From Podarcis filfolensis (lineage: Eukaryota), in the NCBI GenBank assembly GCA_964270895.1, contig OZ185440.1: a stretch of 64,000 nucleotides of DNA; one strand, given 5' to 3'. The notes below the pieces were generated by a model. That model searched no databases. It worked only from the letters and a program-made list of their open reading frames with translations, and had not been told where the DNA came from. A program made the position numbers and the translations under genes. Shown one piece after another: positions 23,392-36,735 of the stretch (within the stretch, counting starts at the first letter, position 1; the number at the start of each line of letters is the position of its first letter).

Positions 23392-25284
23392 AAATAGAAA
23401 AGACAATATTACCTGGCACCATAAATCTATTTACCTTTGTAAGGGAAGTTACTCCTACAGTGTTTTGGTTTTTTTTAATTACTTCATGTGGCACAGGTGT
23501 AATAAAACAAAATGACTCATCTGTTCTGCCTTGCTGCCAGCTATTATAGGCTTTATAGAATATACAGAGAACAAAACTATTTGATTACCGTAATTCCTTA
23601 AATTTAAATGTCTCTAGGCCAAGGTGCAGTGTTTGTGCCTTATTTTTAAATTATCTCCATCTGGTGTGTGGACAACATTTGGATGACTATAGTGCTAGAG
23701 AGCAAGGGGCAATGTGTTTTTGCTTATAGTGGCCAAAATAGTCCCAATTAAGCAGCAATTTATTGCTTTTAGAAGATCTAAATGAAGGCCAAATGGAATA
23801 TAAACAAGTACTGTAGTTGGTAGGTACATGTTCAATGCCAATAGCTTCATGAGAGTTATTTTATGTTTCTTTGTCCATTTCCTCAATAAGCTATAGTTAT
23901 TTTCCAAAATGGATTGTACAAGTTCAGTCTTAAATTCGTACTACTGTTTTAGCAATTTGAAATCTGCACTTGTCCTAGGGTTTGTATACCAACTAAGATT
24001 CAATTTGAATCACTCCTAATTTCTACCAAGTATTTGTGTTCTTTAATAAGTGTATCATTTTAAATTGCCCCTTAAGCAAATATTCATACCTGATTCCTGA
24101 GCTCCCAAGTTGCTACTTGTTGTTGTGGTGGTGGTGGTGGTGATTTAACTACCGTGCGCTTGCTACAAAGAAGGCTCTAAGTGACTTTTGAAAAGGTTGA
24201 GTTGGAAAGTGTAATACAAAACCCAAGAAATTATACATTTGAATAAAACCAGTTCAACAATCCATAAACCCAGCAGCAATAACAAAAACTTAAACAGACC
24301 CAGCAGGGGAACAGGGGGGAACCCAGCCGAAAACATACAAACAAAATTCAAGTAAGCAATTGGCTGGCTTGTCATAAAATGCCTGGGAGAAGAGAAGTTT
24401 TAACCTGGCACCTGGAATATGCTAATGACAGCATCCAGAGTGTTCAACAGAGTTTGATTTGATTTAATATTTGTATTCCACTTTTCCAACAACAAATGTT
24501 GAGCTTAAAGTGGCTCATAATAATTGCAATACAGTAGCCTCCCTCTGAACCTCACTCAGGAGGAGCATCTGTGGGAGGGCCTCAGGTGACAGCTGAAGGG
24601 TCCAGGTAGCTTCATAGCATGAGAGGAACAACAAAAGATAATGGTAATATGAGTTGCATTAGGTTCTATGATGGTGCCAATCTGTGTTTAAGCTTAAAAG
24701 AGTTGAGAAAGAGATATCTGAACTTAAGCATGCTGATGTAAGAATTTTAATATCTGTCAGCTTACTTTAACAAGCAGCAATGATTGAAAAATTCTGTTGA
24801 GCACAGGTCAGCCCTTTTAGCTTTGTTAGGATAGTTTTAATCCCATGTCTGCTTGAATGTCAACTTTTAAAAATTCCCTAGCATGATTTATAAGTGTATG
24901 CCGTTCTTGTTGGTTTAATCATTGCGAATTTCTATCATCCGTTTATCTTTTTTGTGGCTAAGTTTTGCTTTCTTTGGCTATTTTGATTTTAAAGGCTGAC
25001 TGATACTACTGCCTTGGCTTACTTTTAAACCTTGGTGGACATGGTTTATAGAATTGAACCCAGTTTTTCAGACTATTTTCAGCTACTGCTTTTGCACAGG
25101 CAGAGTGAGGTGTGTAAAAAAGTTTATACATCTTACTGTGCTCACAACTGAAATAGGTAGCCAACAGTGTTACTACTAAGTAGCTGTCTTATATTTATAA
25201 TCGTCTCTTCCCCTATAAGTGGTTAGTTTCACAGTTAAATTAATGGAATAGGTTGAATGCTTGTTTGTTTGCTGAATTACTTTG

Positions 25285-25524
25285 CAGTGGTACCTCGGTT
25301 CTCAATTGAAATTCATTCCGGAAGCCCGTTCAGCTTCTGAAATGTTCAAAAACTGAGGCACGGCTTCCCATTGGTTGCAAGAGTTTTTTGCCCTCAGCGG
25401 AAGCCGCATTGCACATTTGGGTTCTGAAAAACGTTCAAAAATGGAAGCATTTGCCTCTGGGTTTTCGGCGTTCGAGAATTGAAACATACAACTACAGAGG
25501 TGTTCAGGAACCGAGATTCCACTT
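25285..25524. mobile_element. Tigger/pogo-like MITE
   Basis: CAGTGGTACCTCGGTT...AACCGAGATTCCACT termini. Confidence 0.7.
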
Positions 25525-26249
25525 TATTAGAATGTGTGCATCAAACAGAAGGTCTGCTTTCTCACTATATGTGCTGCACTTTGTTGAATAATTTGCATAA
25601 TCTTCAGAGCTAGGAAACTGCTAGAAGGATGAAGGCTATCATTTTGGCATTCCTTTCAGTTAGCATGGATTTTAAGGCATGTTGTAAGTAAGCAATACTG
25701 CAGTGGAACATTTTGCTGTAGAATTGAGTATGGAAATTGCAGCTGCAATGGGACTAGGAACGGCCCAGGGGTGATTGTGCCTTGTGAATTTGTGTGTTTT
25801 AATTGCAGGAATGTTTGTAATGGTGAGAATGGCAGGTAGTTTGACATTTAATAGAGTTTGGACAAGCAGGCAAATATTGCATGGGGTGAGGGAGCTTCAG
25901 TAGTGGATTGTTGGGATCTGCAGAAGGATAGGCAGGTGGTGAACAGTAGCTAGTGGAAAGAGCACTTAAATGGTTTGGAGAATTCTAATATAGGGCAAGT
26001 GGATACTTGGGTCCTCAGTGGAGCACCAGTCCAGACAAGTGGGGTGAGGTTGGCGTGTCATGTTGTCCATAGAGATTTAGACCTTCTCTCCAATAGGCTA
26101 ATCCACTCTGTGGCTTGGTTTTAGGGTTTGTACCTTGTGTTGGTCCAGAGAGACAAGATTAGGATGTTAATGATGTACTCCATACTCTTCTGCTCATCAT
26201 CCACCCTAATTGAGAAGGTAGAGGTCACCTCAGAGTTGGGGTTCAGAAA

Positions 26250-26600
26250 TTGTAGCTGGTGAAGGATGCAGAGGCCAAGGGGCTGGACGGCACTACTGGC
26301 TGTGGACAGAAATGCACTGGTTGCTAGTATGCTTCAGAGCCCAATCCAAGGTACTTACATTGACATAGAAACCCCTAGACAACTTAGGCTCCAAATATCT
26401 GAAGGAGAGTCTCCTCTGATACATAAGCCTATCCAAGTATTAGGATCTGTAAGGGAGGCCATGCTGGTAGTTCTACCATCATATAAAGTTGGTCGGGCAG
26501 CAGTGCATAAGGGCCTTTTGTGGTGGCCCTCAGATCATGGAATTCTTGAGGTGTGTCTGGCCTTGTCGCGCTATACACTTGATGTTCAGTTGCTGTATAC
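26250..26600 (+). mobile_element. Old L2 LINE ORF2 3' fragment
   Basis: Degenerate LQLVQNAA / LHWL / QFKV / LGPKYLKE-like motifs. Confidence 0.55.
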
Positions 26601-27478
26601 ACTTGATGTTGGATTAAAGTGCACCTTTCTGCACAGGCCCTTGTGGGTGGAAGACATTACACAATTGAGCTGAGAACGCATGGTGAAGGGCAAGCAAATA
26701 ATGCCAAATAATATATAAGAGATAGGTGCTGGAGTGTAAAATTGCCTGAATGAAAGCCACACCTTGTAACCTGGAAGTCCTGCCCACTAATCCTATACAT
26801 ATTGGGACATGCAGTGGTTACTTAGTGATGAAAGACAATATTCTGCACCTACTCAGATACTGTTAGTTACGTCACATGATTAAGAGTTGAGCTCTAGCAC
26901 TGAAAACAAGTTTCTGAGCAAAGCTCTTCACAAATTCTGGCTGAAGCCTGGGTAACCTTGCGGGCAGGGAGGTGGGTGTCTGACAGGAGTTGACTAGGAG
27001 GAATGGACTCTGTTAATTTGATGGGTGTCATGCACTCCGAACATTGTCAGAGATGCATTATATCTGCAAGTACTAAGCCATGGTTGCAGTTGTGGGCAAT
27101 ACTTGGATTTATTTTATTTTTTGTTTTCATAATGATTTCCTCCATAATACAGTGAGGCAGAAAACTGTTTTGATTCATGTTAGAATTTGTATTTGAAGTG
27201 GAACTCCATTGATTGGTTACATTTATATTGCAGCATTCATCCATTGGATCTCCCTTTCACAAGAACCCTTTAGCTTTCTAAGAGCTGGTAACTTGTGAAA
27301 ATTCATCCAAATAACTTCTTAGATGAATGGGAACTTTAACTTTATTCTCCTCAATTCTAGTTCAACACTGTTCATGACACCACGTTACAACTTGGTGTTA
27401 AATTTAAGTAGACTTTGTGTATATGTGAACATTTCCTATTACTGTATCAACTTCATTTTTGTTTGTTTGTTTTTGTAG

Positions 27479-27701
27479 TTTGGTGCAGAATTCCGGCGCT
27501 TTTCTTTGGAAAGGTCGAAGCCTGGAAAATTTGAGGAATTCTATGGATTACTGCAGCATGTTCACAAAATACCCAACATTGATGTCTTAGTTGGATATAT
27601 AGACATTCATGGAGATCTCTTGCCTATCAACAACGATGACAATTATCACAAAGCAGTTTCTACAGCTAATCCTTTGCTTAGAATTTTTATTCAAAGAAAA
27701 G
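27479..27701 (+). CDS. PARD6B: PARD6B coding exon 2 (PB1 domain), 223 nt
   Basis: Polypyrimidine + TAG acceptor; [74 protein letters not shown]; G|GTAAGC donor. Confidence 0.97.
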
Positions 27702-29269
27702 GTAAGCATATATTTCATCATACATCCTTCAATGAGCTAAATTTCTTTGTGTGTTTTTCCTGATCATTGCTCAAACTGCAGTTTACTGGCTTGGAAGAAA
27801 ATGCATCATTATATGTATTCACACTGATGCATTGTTTGATACCTGTTGATTTATTGAGAAAGAATATTGCACAGTTGTGCAGTGTATGGTGGGATTTCAT
27901 CCTGCTGCATTTCCTTTGCTATGCATAGAGAGAAGTTGGGGGAGGGGAGCATAGAACCATTTAGAGAGGCAGCCATATTCATCTAATAGTTAAATCTTTT
28001 TGAAATTCAACCTTGATTTAATACACAAGATCATGCCTTTTAACCTTGCTACAAATCTTGCCTTCCCTACTGAAAACTTTGTTACCTAGCTTATCATGAA
28101 GAGATATAGAATCTGTTGGTACTGAAAGAGAGATTCTTTAATAAAATCACAAGCACCACTTACCCCCAAAAGCACATCATTGATAGATAAGCAAAGAAAA
28201 AATGTAGCTTTACTCTGAACTCCTCACAAATTATGTATTAGGTTTTTCTCACATTGATGAAAAATGAACAAAATATTCAGCAGTTTTTATGTATAATAAG
28301 GGCTCTAAGTCACTGTATTGTACCTGGGAATCTGAATAGCTTGGGAAAACCCAGACAGTGTGATTCCTGGAGTTTCCAGTAAAAAACAAAGGCTCTATTC
28401 TGGTTTGGAGAGAAGATGGGAAATGGTCACAGCCTCCCTAATACTGACGCAAGTCATATTTGCTGTAAGTAGAAGAGCAAATAGTTATATGTAACTGTTT
28501 AAATAGAATGCCTTAAAATATGTAAAGTGGCACATTCCAGCTACCTTTTTCTAATCCCTTATATTTTGTAATATTCATCAAAAAGATAGAAGCTGAATCT
28601 GGAATAGAAGTAGATGGACTGGTGAGGTCATATTCAGCAGTTCTGCTTAATCTCTTTCAGTAGCCATATGACTAGAGCAGATAAGCTACTTTGTTGGGCT
28701 GGGATTATTACTTAACATTTTAGCACCATATGTGTGTGTTTATATGAGTTATTCACTTAACAGTTATTTATTTATTTTAAAGTATTTCTAAACTGCTTAA
28801 TATTTTAAACATCTCCAAGTAGTGTACAGTTTGAAAAGCAATGTATCATTAAGATAGTAAAATGAAAGCTGAATACTGGATAGACAGGTGTTCTGTGTCC
28901 CAAGTTGTCATCTTCGTGAAGTGGGAAGATGACTTGCTCTGGAGGGGTGGTATTCCCCAGGAGGGAGCAGGTGTGGAGGCTTGGGTGGCCATGGTGGCTA
29001 GGAGTGCCGCCAAGCTCATATCACCCTGTTCCATACTTCAGTGGTTTTTAAAGCTCTAGAATCCTTCAAAAGATCTATTCAAAATTACAATTCTCATTTA
29101 TTCAGCATACAATGCTAGTTTCTGTCAACAGTTCATTAGCAACTGTATGAATGCTGTTACCAGTGCTCCAGCCTTACCTTCTACACTTGTAACTTAATAT
29201 TTCCAGCTCTGGCTTGTTTGCTAGCTACACCCCTGTTTGGACAGAAACTATTTAGCTCATAATACTCCA

Positions 29270-29490
29270 TGCTCTCATAACTTCCAGATTTGATTATTGC
29301 AATGCACTCTGTGGGGCTACCCTTGAAGATTACTCAGAAACTTTGTTTGGTCCAAAATGCAGTGGCCAGATTACTGGTTGGAGTTCCATTTAGATCTTTC
29401 ATAACCCCTGTTTTTAAACAGTTGCATTAGTTGCCAGTTCATTTTAACATCCAATTCATGGTGCTCATGTTAATGTTTAAATCTGTAGAA
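29270..29490 (+). mobile_element. Old L2 LINE ORF2 fragment
   Basis: RFDYCNAL...VQNAVARL...QLH*LPVHFNIQFMVL motifs. Confidence 0.65.
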
Positions 29491-30168
29491 ACAGCCATTT
29501 CTTTTCTTTCTTTGGTTCCAGAGAGAGTAAGTCCTCACTTGACCTGGGCAGGGCTTTCCAAAATGTTCATGTTGGTAACACAATTTTGTAGACATGCATC
29601 ATTTCGCGACACAGTAGTTTAGTTTTGCTAGCAAACTGGAGGTTAAACTAACCCCTTTCCAGCCCTGGGAGGAGCGTGGGGAGCATTTGCACGACACACC
29701 TACACATTGCAGCCGACACACTAACATGTGGCGACACACAGTTTGGAAAGCTCTGACTTAGGGTATATACAATGAATATATTCCAGAATTTGATAACTGG
29801 CATACTGGTTCATACAGGCAATGACCCGATTTATGTGCACCCAGTTGACACTTGTATCACGGCAACCCAGAAGTGGCTGGAAAAGTGGGTGGAATGGGCT
29901 TATGTGCACTCCGCTGTCACGCACAATGACCCTGTGCAAATCGGGGTTTGCCTGTAATGACAAAAATATGGATATATTTCTTTAGTTTACAAGTGGCACA
30001 ATCTTGTATGTAATTCATTGTCTACTTTAACAGAGTTTAAAGTGAATCTGTATCCAGTTTTTTAAACTTGTAGATCAGAAAGCAGTTCTGAAGTTTCAGT
30101 TTTAGGCTTTTTTTGTTCATGATTATGCTGTGTTCACTCACTATGCAGTAATTAACAATTGTATACAT

Positions 30169-30329
30169 AATAATAATAAAATTCCTTCCAGTAGCACCTT
30201 AGAATATCTGAAGAAGTGTGCATGTATACGAAAGCTCATACCAATAACAAACTTAGTTGGTCTCTAAGGTGCTACTGGAAGGATTTTGTTTGTTTCGACT
30301 ACGGCAGACCAACACGGCTACCTACCTGT
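30169..30329 (+). mobile_element. Penelope-like element terminal remnant with inverted 5' piece and 12-bp TSD
   Basis: AATTGTATACAT at 30157-30168 and 30330-30341; 20-bp perfect inverted repeat 30184-30203/30263-30282; ends GACCAACACGGCTAC. Confidence 0.75.
30205..30242 (+). ncRNA. Minimal type I hammerhead-ribozyme motif (putative)
   Basis: UAU-CUGAAGA-A-GUGUG(CAUG)UAUAC-GAAA-GC-UC|AUA: core boxes, stem II hairpin, AGCU palindrome, short stem I. Confidence 0.6.
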
Positions 30330-32053
30330 AATTGTATACATGTTCTTCTGTACAAGACATTAAAATAAAGATGGGGGGTGGGGAGAGACTTGCCATAGGA
30401 ATATACCTAATTTGGAATGCTATTCTGGTACTACAGTATTTCCAGTATACAGCATATATGGGGCAAAACAACATAGATTAGGTTTTATACTGAAGCATTT
30501 AAAATTGTTCTCTCATTTAATTCAGTTATTTTGCTACACTGGAATATCTGAGGTTATAATTTTTGGAAGAGTTAAAAAAAGAGAGAATCTAATGGCCAGG
30601 CTTCTGCAGTTTAAATCTAATACAAATGTATGGAATTGGTCTTTCTGAAAGTATTTCTGAAACAATGCTGCACAGAGTTGTCATGCCATTGACTGCAATG
30701 TAAGAAAGAGCTAACTAGTACAATTCCCTGGTTGAGAAGCATTCCACATTTAATGATTTTATAAAAGGCATCTAACATTCTGCATTAAAAATAAATTCTG
30801 CAAACTTAGAGCCTTTTTTCATCTAGTTACAAAATAGATGTCCTGGCTGATTCAGGATGTACCGTATTTGGCAGAGATGTCTGGAGCAAAATATGCCTAT
30901 TACTATATATAGTAGAGTATTTTAGAAGGTAGATTGGGTGAAGAGGGAGAAATAATATTCAGAAGGGTAAAATTTCTGTCTTAAATACAATATAATCTTT
31001 CTATGTCTTATTTTTTTAATAAACAAATGCTGTAACTTGAGAATTTATTAGGAATAGACCTAGAAATGTGTTCATTGCAAAACCAGCTCTGAGGTTCTCA
31101 AACTCTGCATATACTAGTACTAGTTGCTTAGCTTTTGTGCATTGTAATCAGTTACCGGTATGCTGAATTCTAAACTTAACAGTACACTTTAAACAAATGC
31201 AAATAGTATTTGTGTTTCAAAACATTAGCTAATAACAAGCACATGTTAAACAATTAATAGTGTAAATGATTGTATACATAACCATTTTCATCTGTGGAGT
31301 TTCAAGGGCAGTCATTTTTTAAAAATAGTTGTGACAGTTTTCTAATTTGTGTACTACATGCTTTCAGAAGAGCTGAGTAACTGGCAACCAAGCATAGAAA
31401 ACTGCACAGTGCTTGATAAAGGCTCTTGTGTGGGTTAGGTCAGTATAAGCTTTACCTAATGTCTCATTCTTTGTGTTGAGTTGGCAATATGCTGATTTGG
31501 TTTCACACCAGTGAGCATGCTTATTAAAAGCAGTTCACCTTTGTACCTTATAGGCATTCACCTTATTTATGGCAACACTTTTTACTTCTGGTTTCTTGCC
31601 AAAAGTTTTTCACTGTTCTAAACTGATTGGTTGGTGTCAGAACAATAGTACCTTTGTACTGAAGGATATTGCTTAAAAGAATTTATTCAAGGGTTGTTGA
31701 GAGGCTAAACAGTCATGCTGCCTGACTAAGTTTATAAAGATCAGACTTTATTATTTCCCATTTTTTTGCATTTATTTATCTCAAAACTAGTGTTAGAATT
31801 GTCATGCCATAAACTCCTTATTGTATTCACCTATTCAAAACAAGTTATAGTTCTTTGCCTGACGTAGCAGTTACATTGCCTTTATTTAGAATGTGTCGTC
31901 ATACATCAGTGGATCTATTCACATGTCACATTGGGTCATAGTTAGTCCAAGACAAACCATGTCTTACCCTGAATGAGCAGCATACTGGTACATGCTGCTC
32001 AAGTTGTCCCTGCCCCGCTCTTACCTTTGCCAAGAAAGAAAGAAAAAACAAAT

Positions 32054-32351
32054 CAGTATACCTGAAGGAACGTCTTCACCCCCATCATTCAGCCCGGACA
32101 CTGAGGTCCAGCTCTGAGGGCCTTCTGGTGGTTCCCTCACTGCAAGAAATGAGGTTACAGGGAACCAGGCAAAGGGTCTTCTCGGTAGTGGCACCCACCC
32201 TGTGGAATGCCCTACCATCAGATGTCAAGGAAATAAACAACTATCTGACTTTTAGTAGACATCTGAAGGCAACCCTATTTAGGGAAGTTTTTAATATTCT
32301 GTTGGGAGCCGCCCAGAGTTGCTGGGGAAACCCAGCCAGATGGGTGGGGTA

Positions 32352-32389
<38 letters not shown>
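32054..32389 (+). mobile_element. Young L2-type LINE 3' end with (TAT)n tail
   Basis: RVFSVVAPTLWNALP...TFSRHLKATLFRE frame; (TAT)n tail. Confidence 0.8.
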
Positions 32390-32390
<1 letters not shown>

Positions 32391-34191
32391 AGCCAAGAAC
32401 AAACCTTAGCTTCCACTCACTATGTGCACATACCAAGACACTTTTGCATGGTAAGCCATAATTTCTTTCAGGCTATGACTCAAAATGACATGCAAACTAT
32501 GCCAATGAGTTTCGAAAGGTAGACCTGGAAAAACAGGAAACATTTATTTGAAAGGAAGTACTGGTAATGCAGAAAGGAGTTGCTGATAAAAGGTTAAAAC
32601 ACAACCTGCTCCACAAGAGGTTGTGAGAACTTTATTTTGCACATTCTTCAACTGCTTATTTTCTGTAAGAGTAACTGTTGCTCAGCTAGTATATTTTCTT
32701 CATAAAAGGCTTTTTATGTTCAAGACTATCAAAGTGTTTATCAATAGACTTCCTTCAGCTGTGTAGGTATTACATTGCTCCAATTCTGTTTAGAAACATG
32801 GAATATACACCCAGATAAGCTGCATGACATAGGTATCTTGGTCTCTGTTTCCAGTGCTGCACAGCATTTTAAAAATTGTTTCCTGACAAGGGCATTGTCC
32901 TTTCAAAATGAAGCACCACGTCTGCATCTTTTGGGGAATATGAAAATCTCAGTGTATACATGAGTTGCTGTTCCTTAATTCTTAAACTAAAACCTGAATA
33001 AAAGAAGGTTTTAAAGCAGAAGAATCTTTGACTTTATTGAATTTAACATTTTAGTTACATTGCTATTGAAGGGAAAACTGCTACTCATAAAGACAAACAG
33101 TAAATGAACTTTCAACTTGGACTGAAGTTGAACACTGGGGAAATTGTGTTCATAACAGCATATTTAACTTTAACCTGGGTTAAAAATTCTCTTACTGGTG
33201 CTGTCTTGGAATAAGTGCATTTCATTCAGTTCTTGGTTTCAGGTACGTGCACTACTCATTCCTCAAGTTAATATTCTTTCAGCTCAACTATTGAGGGATG
33301 TACTTGGAGATTCTTTCTAATATAGGAGTTGATAGTATTTGCATAACTTTACATTTCCAGATTAATTTTATTTATTAATTTTATTCCCATACTTGTTTAC
33401 ATCTTAGGCCTTTCCTGGGTGCACCCTGATCCTCAGGAGTGGTTTGGGGGCATACAGGATGTTGGAGGGGGGCATGGACTTCCTTATGTTGAATACAACC
33501 CATTATGTTTTGTTAGTATAATTTGCTGACTTCTGTCTACCCATTCTTGACTTTTTCTTTTCCAGCCCTCATAAGCTATTGCCCTCCCTCACACCTTTCT
33601 CCAGTGCAAGAAGATGGTTGCTAGGGATCCAATTTCTAATACATCTGATATGCTGTCTAATATCAATTAACATCATTTTGCATTGCTGGTTCTCAAGGAA
33701 AGCAGTGTCATTTCCTTGAGAATTGGCACATCCTTAAGAATTTGGCACATACTGCCAAATTCTTAGGTGGTCAGTTCTAGGTGAAATGTTCAAGATTCCC
33801 CAGCCCTTGTACCCCAACCCCCTTTCAGGTGGTAGTTGTACCTGGTGTGACAAAGCAACTCAGAAGGAGAAGGCAGACAGTTTTTTCAGAGGTGTAGGCA
33901 TGCTGAAGCTTAGAACTTAAGTTACTGCAGAAGCAGATGGTGTTTTTTTTGTTTTTGTTTTTACTATTACCATTTCCTTTTATAGCTCCCCTAACTAGGA
34001 ACCTTCCAAAACTGTGGAAGATGGCATATTGGGGGGGGGGGGCTACAAGGGGAAAGAGGACTAAGTGAAAATCACATCATTGCACTAGCAGTATCCTCTG
34101 ATGGATTGTAAGACAACTCAGGATTCAAGCCTATCTCTCTGCCCACCCTGAAAGCTTAAAGTTTAATCATAGAAACATATCTGGTTGTATT

Positions 34192-34690
34192 GTTGTTTAG
34201 TCGTGTCTGACTCTTCGTGACCCCATGGACCAGAGCATGTCAGGCACTCCTGTCTTCCACTGCCTCCTGCAGTTTGGTCAAACTCATGCTGGTAACTTTG
34301 AGAACACTGTCCAACCATCTCGTCCTCTGTCGTCCCCTTCTGCTTGTGCCCTCAGTCTTTCCCAACAGCAGGGTCTTTTCCAGGGAGTCTTCTTTTCTCA
34401 TGAGGTGGCCAAAGTATTGGAGCCTCAGCTTCAGGCTCTGTCCTTCCAGTGAGCACTCAGGGCTGATTTCCTTAAGAATGGATAGGTTTGATCTTCTTGC
34501 AGTCCATGGGACTCTCAAGAGTCTCCTCCAGCACCATAATTCAAAAGCATCAATTCTTCGGTGATAAGCCTTCTTTATGGTCCAGCTCTCACTTCCATAC
34601 ATCACTACTGGGAAAACCATAGCTTTAACTATACGGACCTTTCTCAGCAAGGTGATGTCTCTGCTTTTTAAGATGCTGTCTAGGTTTGTT
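34192..34690 (-). mobile_element. Bov-B 3' fragment with 8-bp TSD
   Basis: Minus frame LRKVRIVKAMVFPVVMYGSESWTIKK...RRGRQRTRWLD; GTTGTATT flanks at 34184-34191 and 34691-34698. Confidence 0.92.
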
Positions 34691-34784
34691 GTTGTATTAA
34701 CCTAATCTTTAAAAATAATGATGAGTACAGCACTTTTATATGTGAACCAAGCTGTTAATTATACTCACAAAAACCAGTAAAATA

Positions 34785-34827
<43 letters not shown>

Positions 34828-35160
34828 TATTTATTCCCCAGCCACTCTGGGCGGCTCCCAACAGAATATTAAAAATACGATAAAACATCAAAACATTAAA
34901 AACTTCCCTAAACAGGGCTGCCTTCAGATGTTTTCTAAAAGTCAGATACAGTAGTTATTTCCTTGACTTCCCTCTGCCTGGTTCCGTATACAGTAATGTC
35001 ACTTACCTCAGTGAGGGAACCGCCAGAAGGCCTCTCGGAGCTGGACCTCAGTGTCTGGTCTGGACGATGGGGGTGGAGTTGCTTCTTCAGGTATACTGGG
35101 CCGAGGCCGTTTAGGGCTTTAAAGGTCAGCACCAACACTTTGAATTGTGCTCGGAAATGT
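34785..35160 (-). mobile_element. Young L2-type LINE 3' end, same family as 32054-32389
   Basis: (AAT)n tail at left; minus frame LVLTFKALNGLGPVYLK; shares CACCCCCATC...GAGGTCCAGCTC...GGTTCCCTCACTG block. Confidence 0.8.
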
Positions 35161-36600
35161 TAGTTTTCTGTTTCCCCCAAGCACTGGTAACAACAAACAG
35201 GAAATAGGATAAACATACCTCTAAGAAGAGATACTTTCTAGCAACAGATGTGTTGTGCTGTTGGCAATGCTTTTGTGTGATGGTGGCTGTGAGAGTCATA
35301 CTAGTCCATTTGTAGTATCAGTTACTCTGGAATCTGCCCAGTTCCCATATTGGGTGACATGTTGTGGCACATGAGATTTCTCAGTTCTCTCCTCCCCCCC
35401 CCCTCACATGCCCCCCAATCTCCTCCAGAGGGTCTACCAACTCTCTTTTTCCAGGACACAACCTTTTTTTCATGGGGAGAGTCGTCATAGCAATCCACAG
35501 TTAAAATTAAAAGTCAGCAAATGTGTCCTCCTTTTTGCTCTTCAAACTATGGCAACCCGAGAATACCCTTCCTGTCTAGCATTTGGATCCTGAGTCTTTG
35601 AATGTGTTAGTACTTGATAGTGTATTTGATTTCAGACATGGCCTAGAACTAGGACTAGGTACTGCTACTAATTATACAATTGAATGCATAACACATACCT
35701 TTAAAATATTAAAATCCCTAGCACACACAAGCTGGAAAATTATTCAACAGTAGTACCTAATCCACCATTCCATTGTCTTTGTTCCCCTTAATGTAACATC
35801 TAGCTATATAGTGGTCTTCACTTAGAATTGCCATAAGATCTGTGCATAATTGCAGATTAAAATAAGCTTCAAGTTTCAGTACTATACACTTACCTGGGAG
35901 TAAGTCCCATCAAACTTGAAGAGAAGCACTTCTGAATTCACTTGTGTAGAATTGCACTGTTAGTGTGTCAGATATGATTAGCATTGGTATCTTGTGCTAA
36001 AGCCATAAGAAACATTTTTTTCATAACAGTAGTTTTCAAAAAATATATTATCTGGGGTTCTTTAAATTCAAAGGCCAGTAATAGCAGAGAAGGTTGCATG
36101 AAGAACTGTTTTCCTGCCACTGCTGGGCTTCCCCTGCAATCTGTAGCTACAAAGTAGGGTGTGTTCTGAGTATATGCAGAAAAGCAGGTGAGACCCATTG
36201 ACTCATATAAATGCCCCTCATGAACTGAGTGTGCAACTTTAAAGCATGATCCAAAATACAACTTTCTAAGACTTGAAACTGATGGGATTCATATTGATGT
36301 CCTGTGGCATATGGGAAAGGACCTGGATTAATTTTAGGAGCAAATATATAATCAAATCATTGGATGAAGTATTCAGTTGGGGTGGTATTCAGCTAAGATT
36401 TACTTTGAGTAGACATTTTGAAATTAATGAAGCTAACTTGGTCATGTTCATTAATTTCAATAGGTCTACTCTGAGTAAAACTTGATTTAATATTACCCTT
36501 GGTCCTTAGGAACTGTATGCTAAACAGATGTACTACTACCTGAAATATGAAGAAACGACTTACAATCTTCTCAGTTATAATCAATTATAATACTTTATTA

Positions 36601-36735
36601 CGGGCATCCCCAAACTCGGCCCTCCAGCTGTTTTGGGACTACAACTCCCATCATCCCTAGCTAACAGGATCAGTGGTCAGGGATGATGGGAATTGTAGTC
36701 CCAAAACAGCTGGAGGGCTGAGTTTGGGGTGCCTG
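36601..36735. mobile_element. hAT/Charlie-like hairpin MITE, 8-bp TSD
   Basis: Perfect CTTTATTA flanks (36593-36600, 36736-36743); about 58-bp near-perfect inverted arms. Confidence 0.9.
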
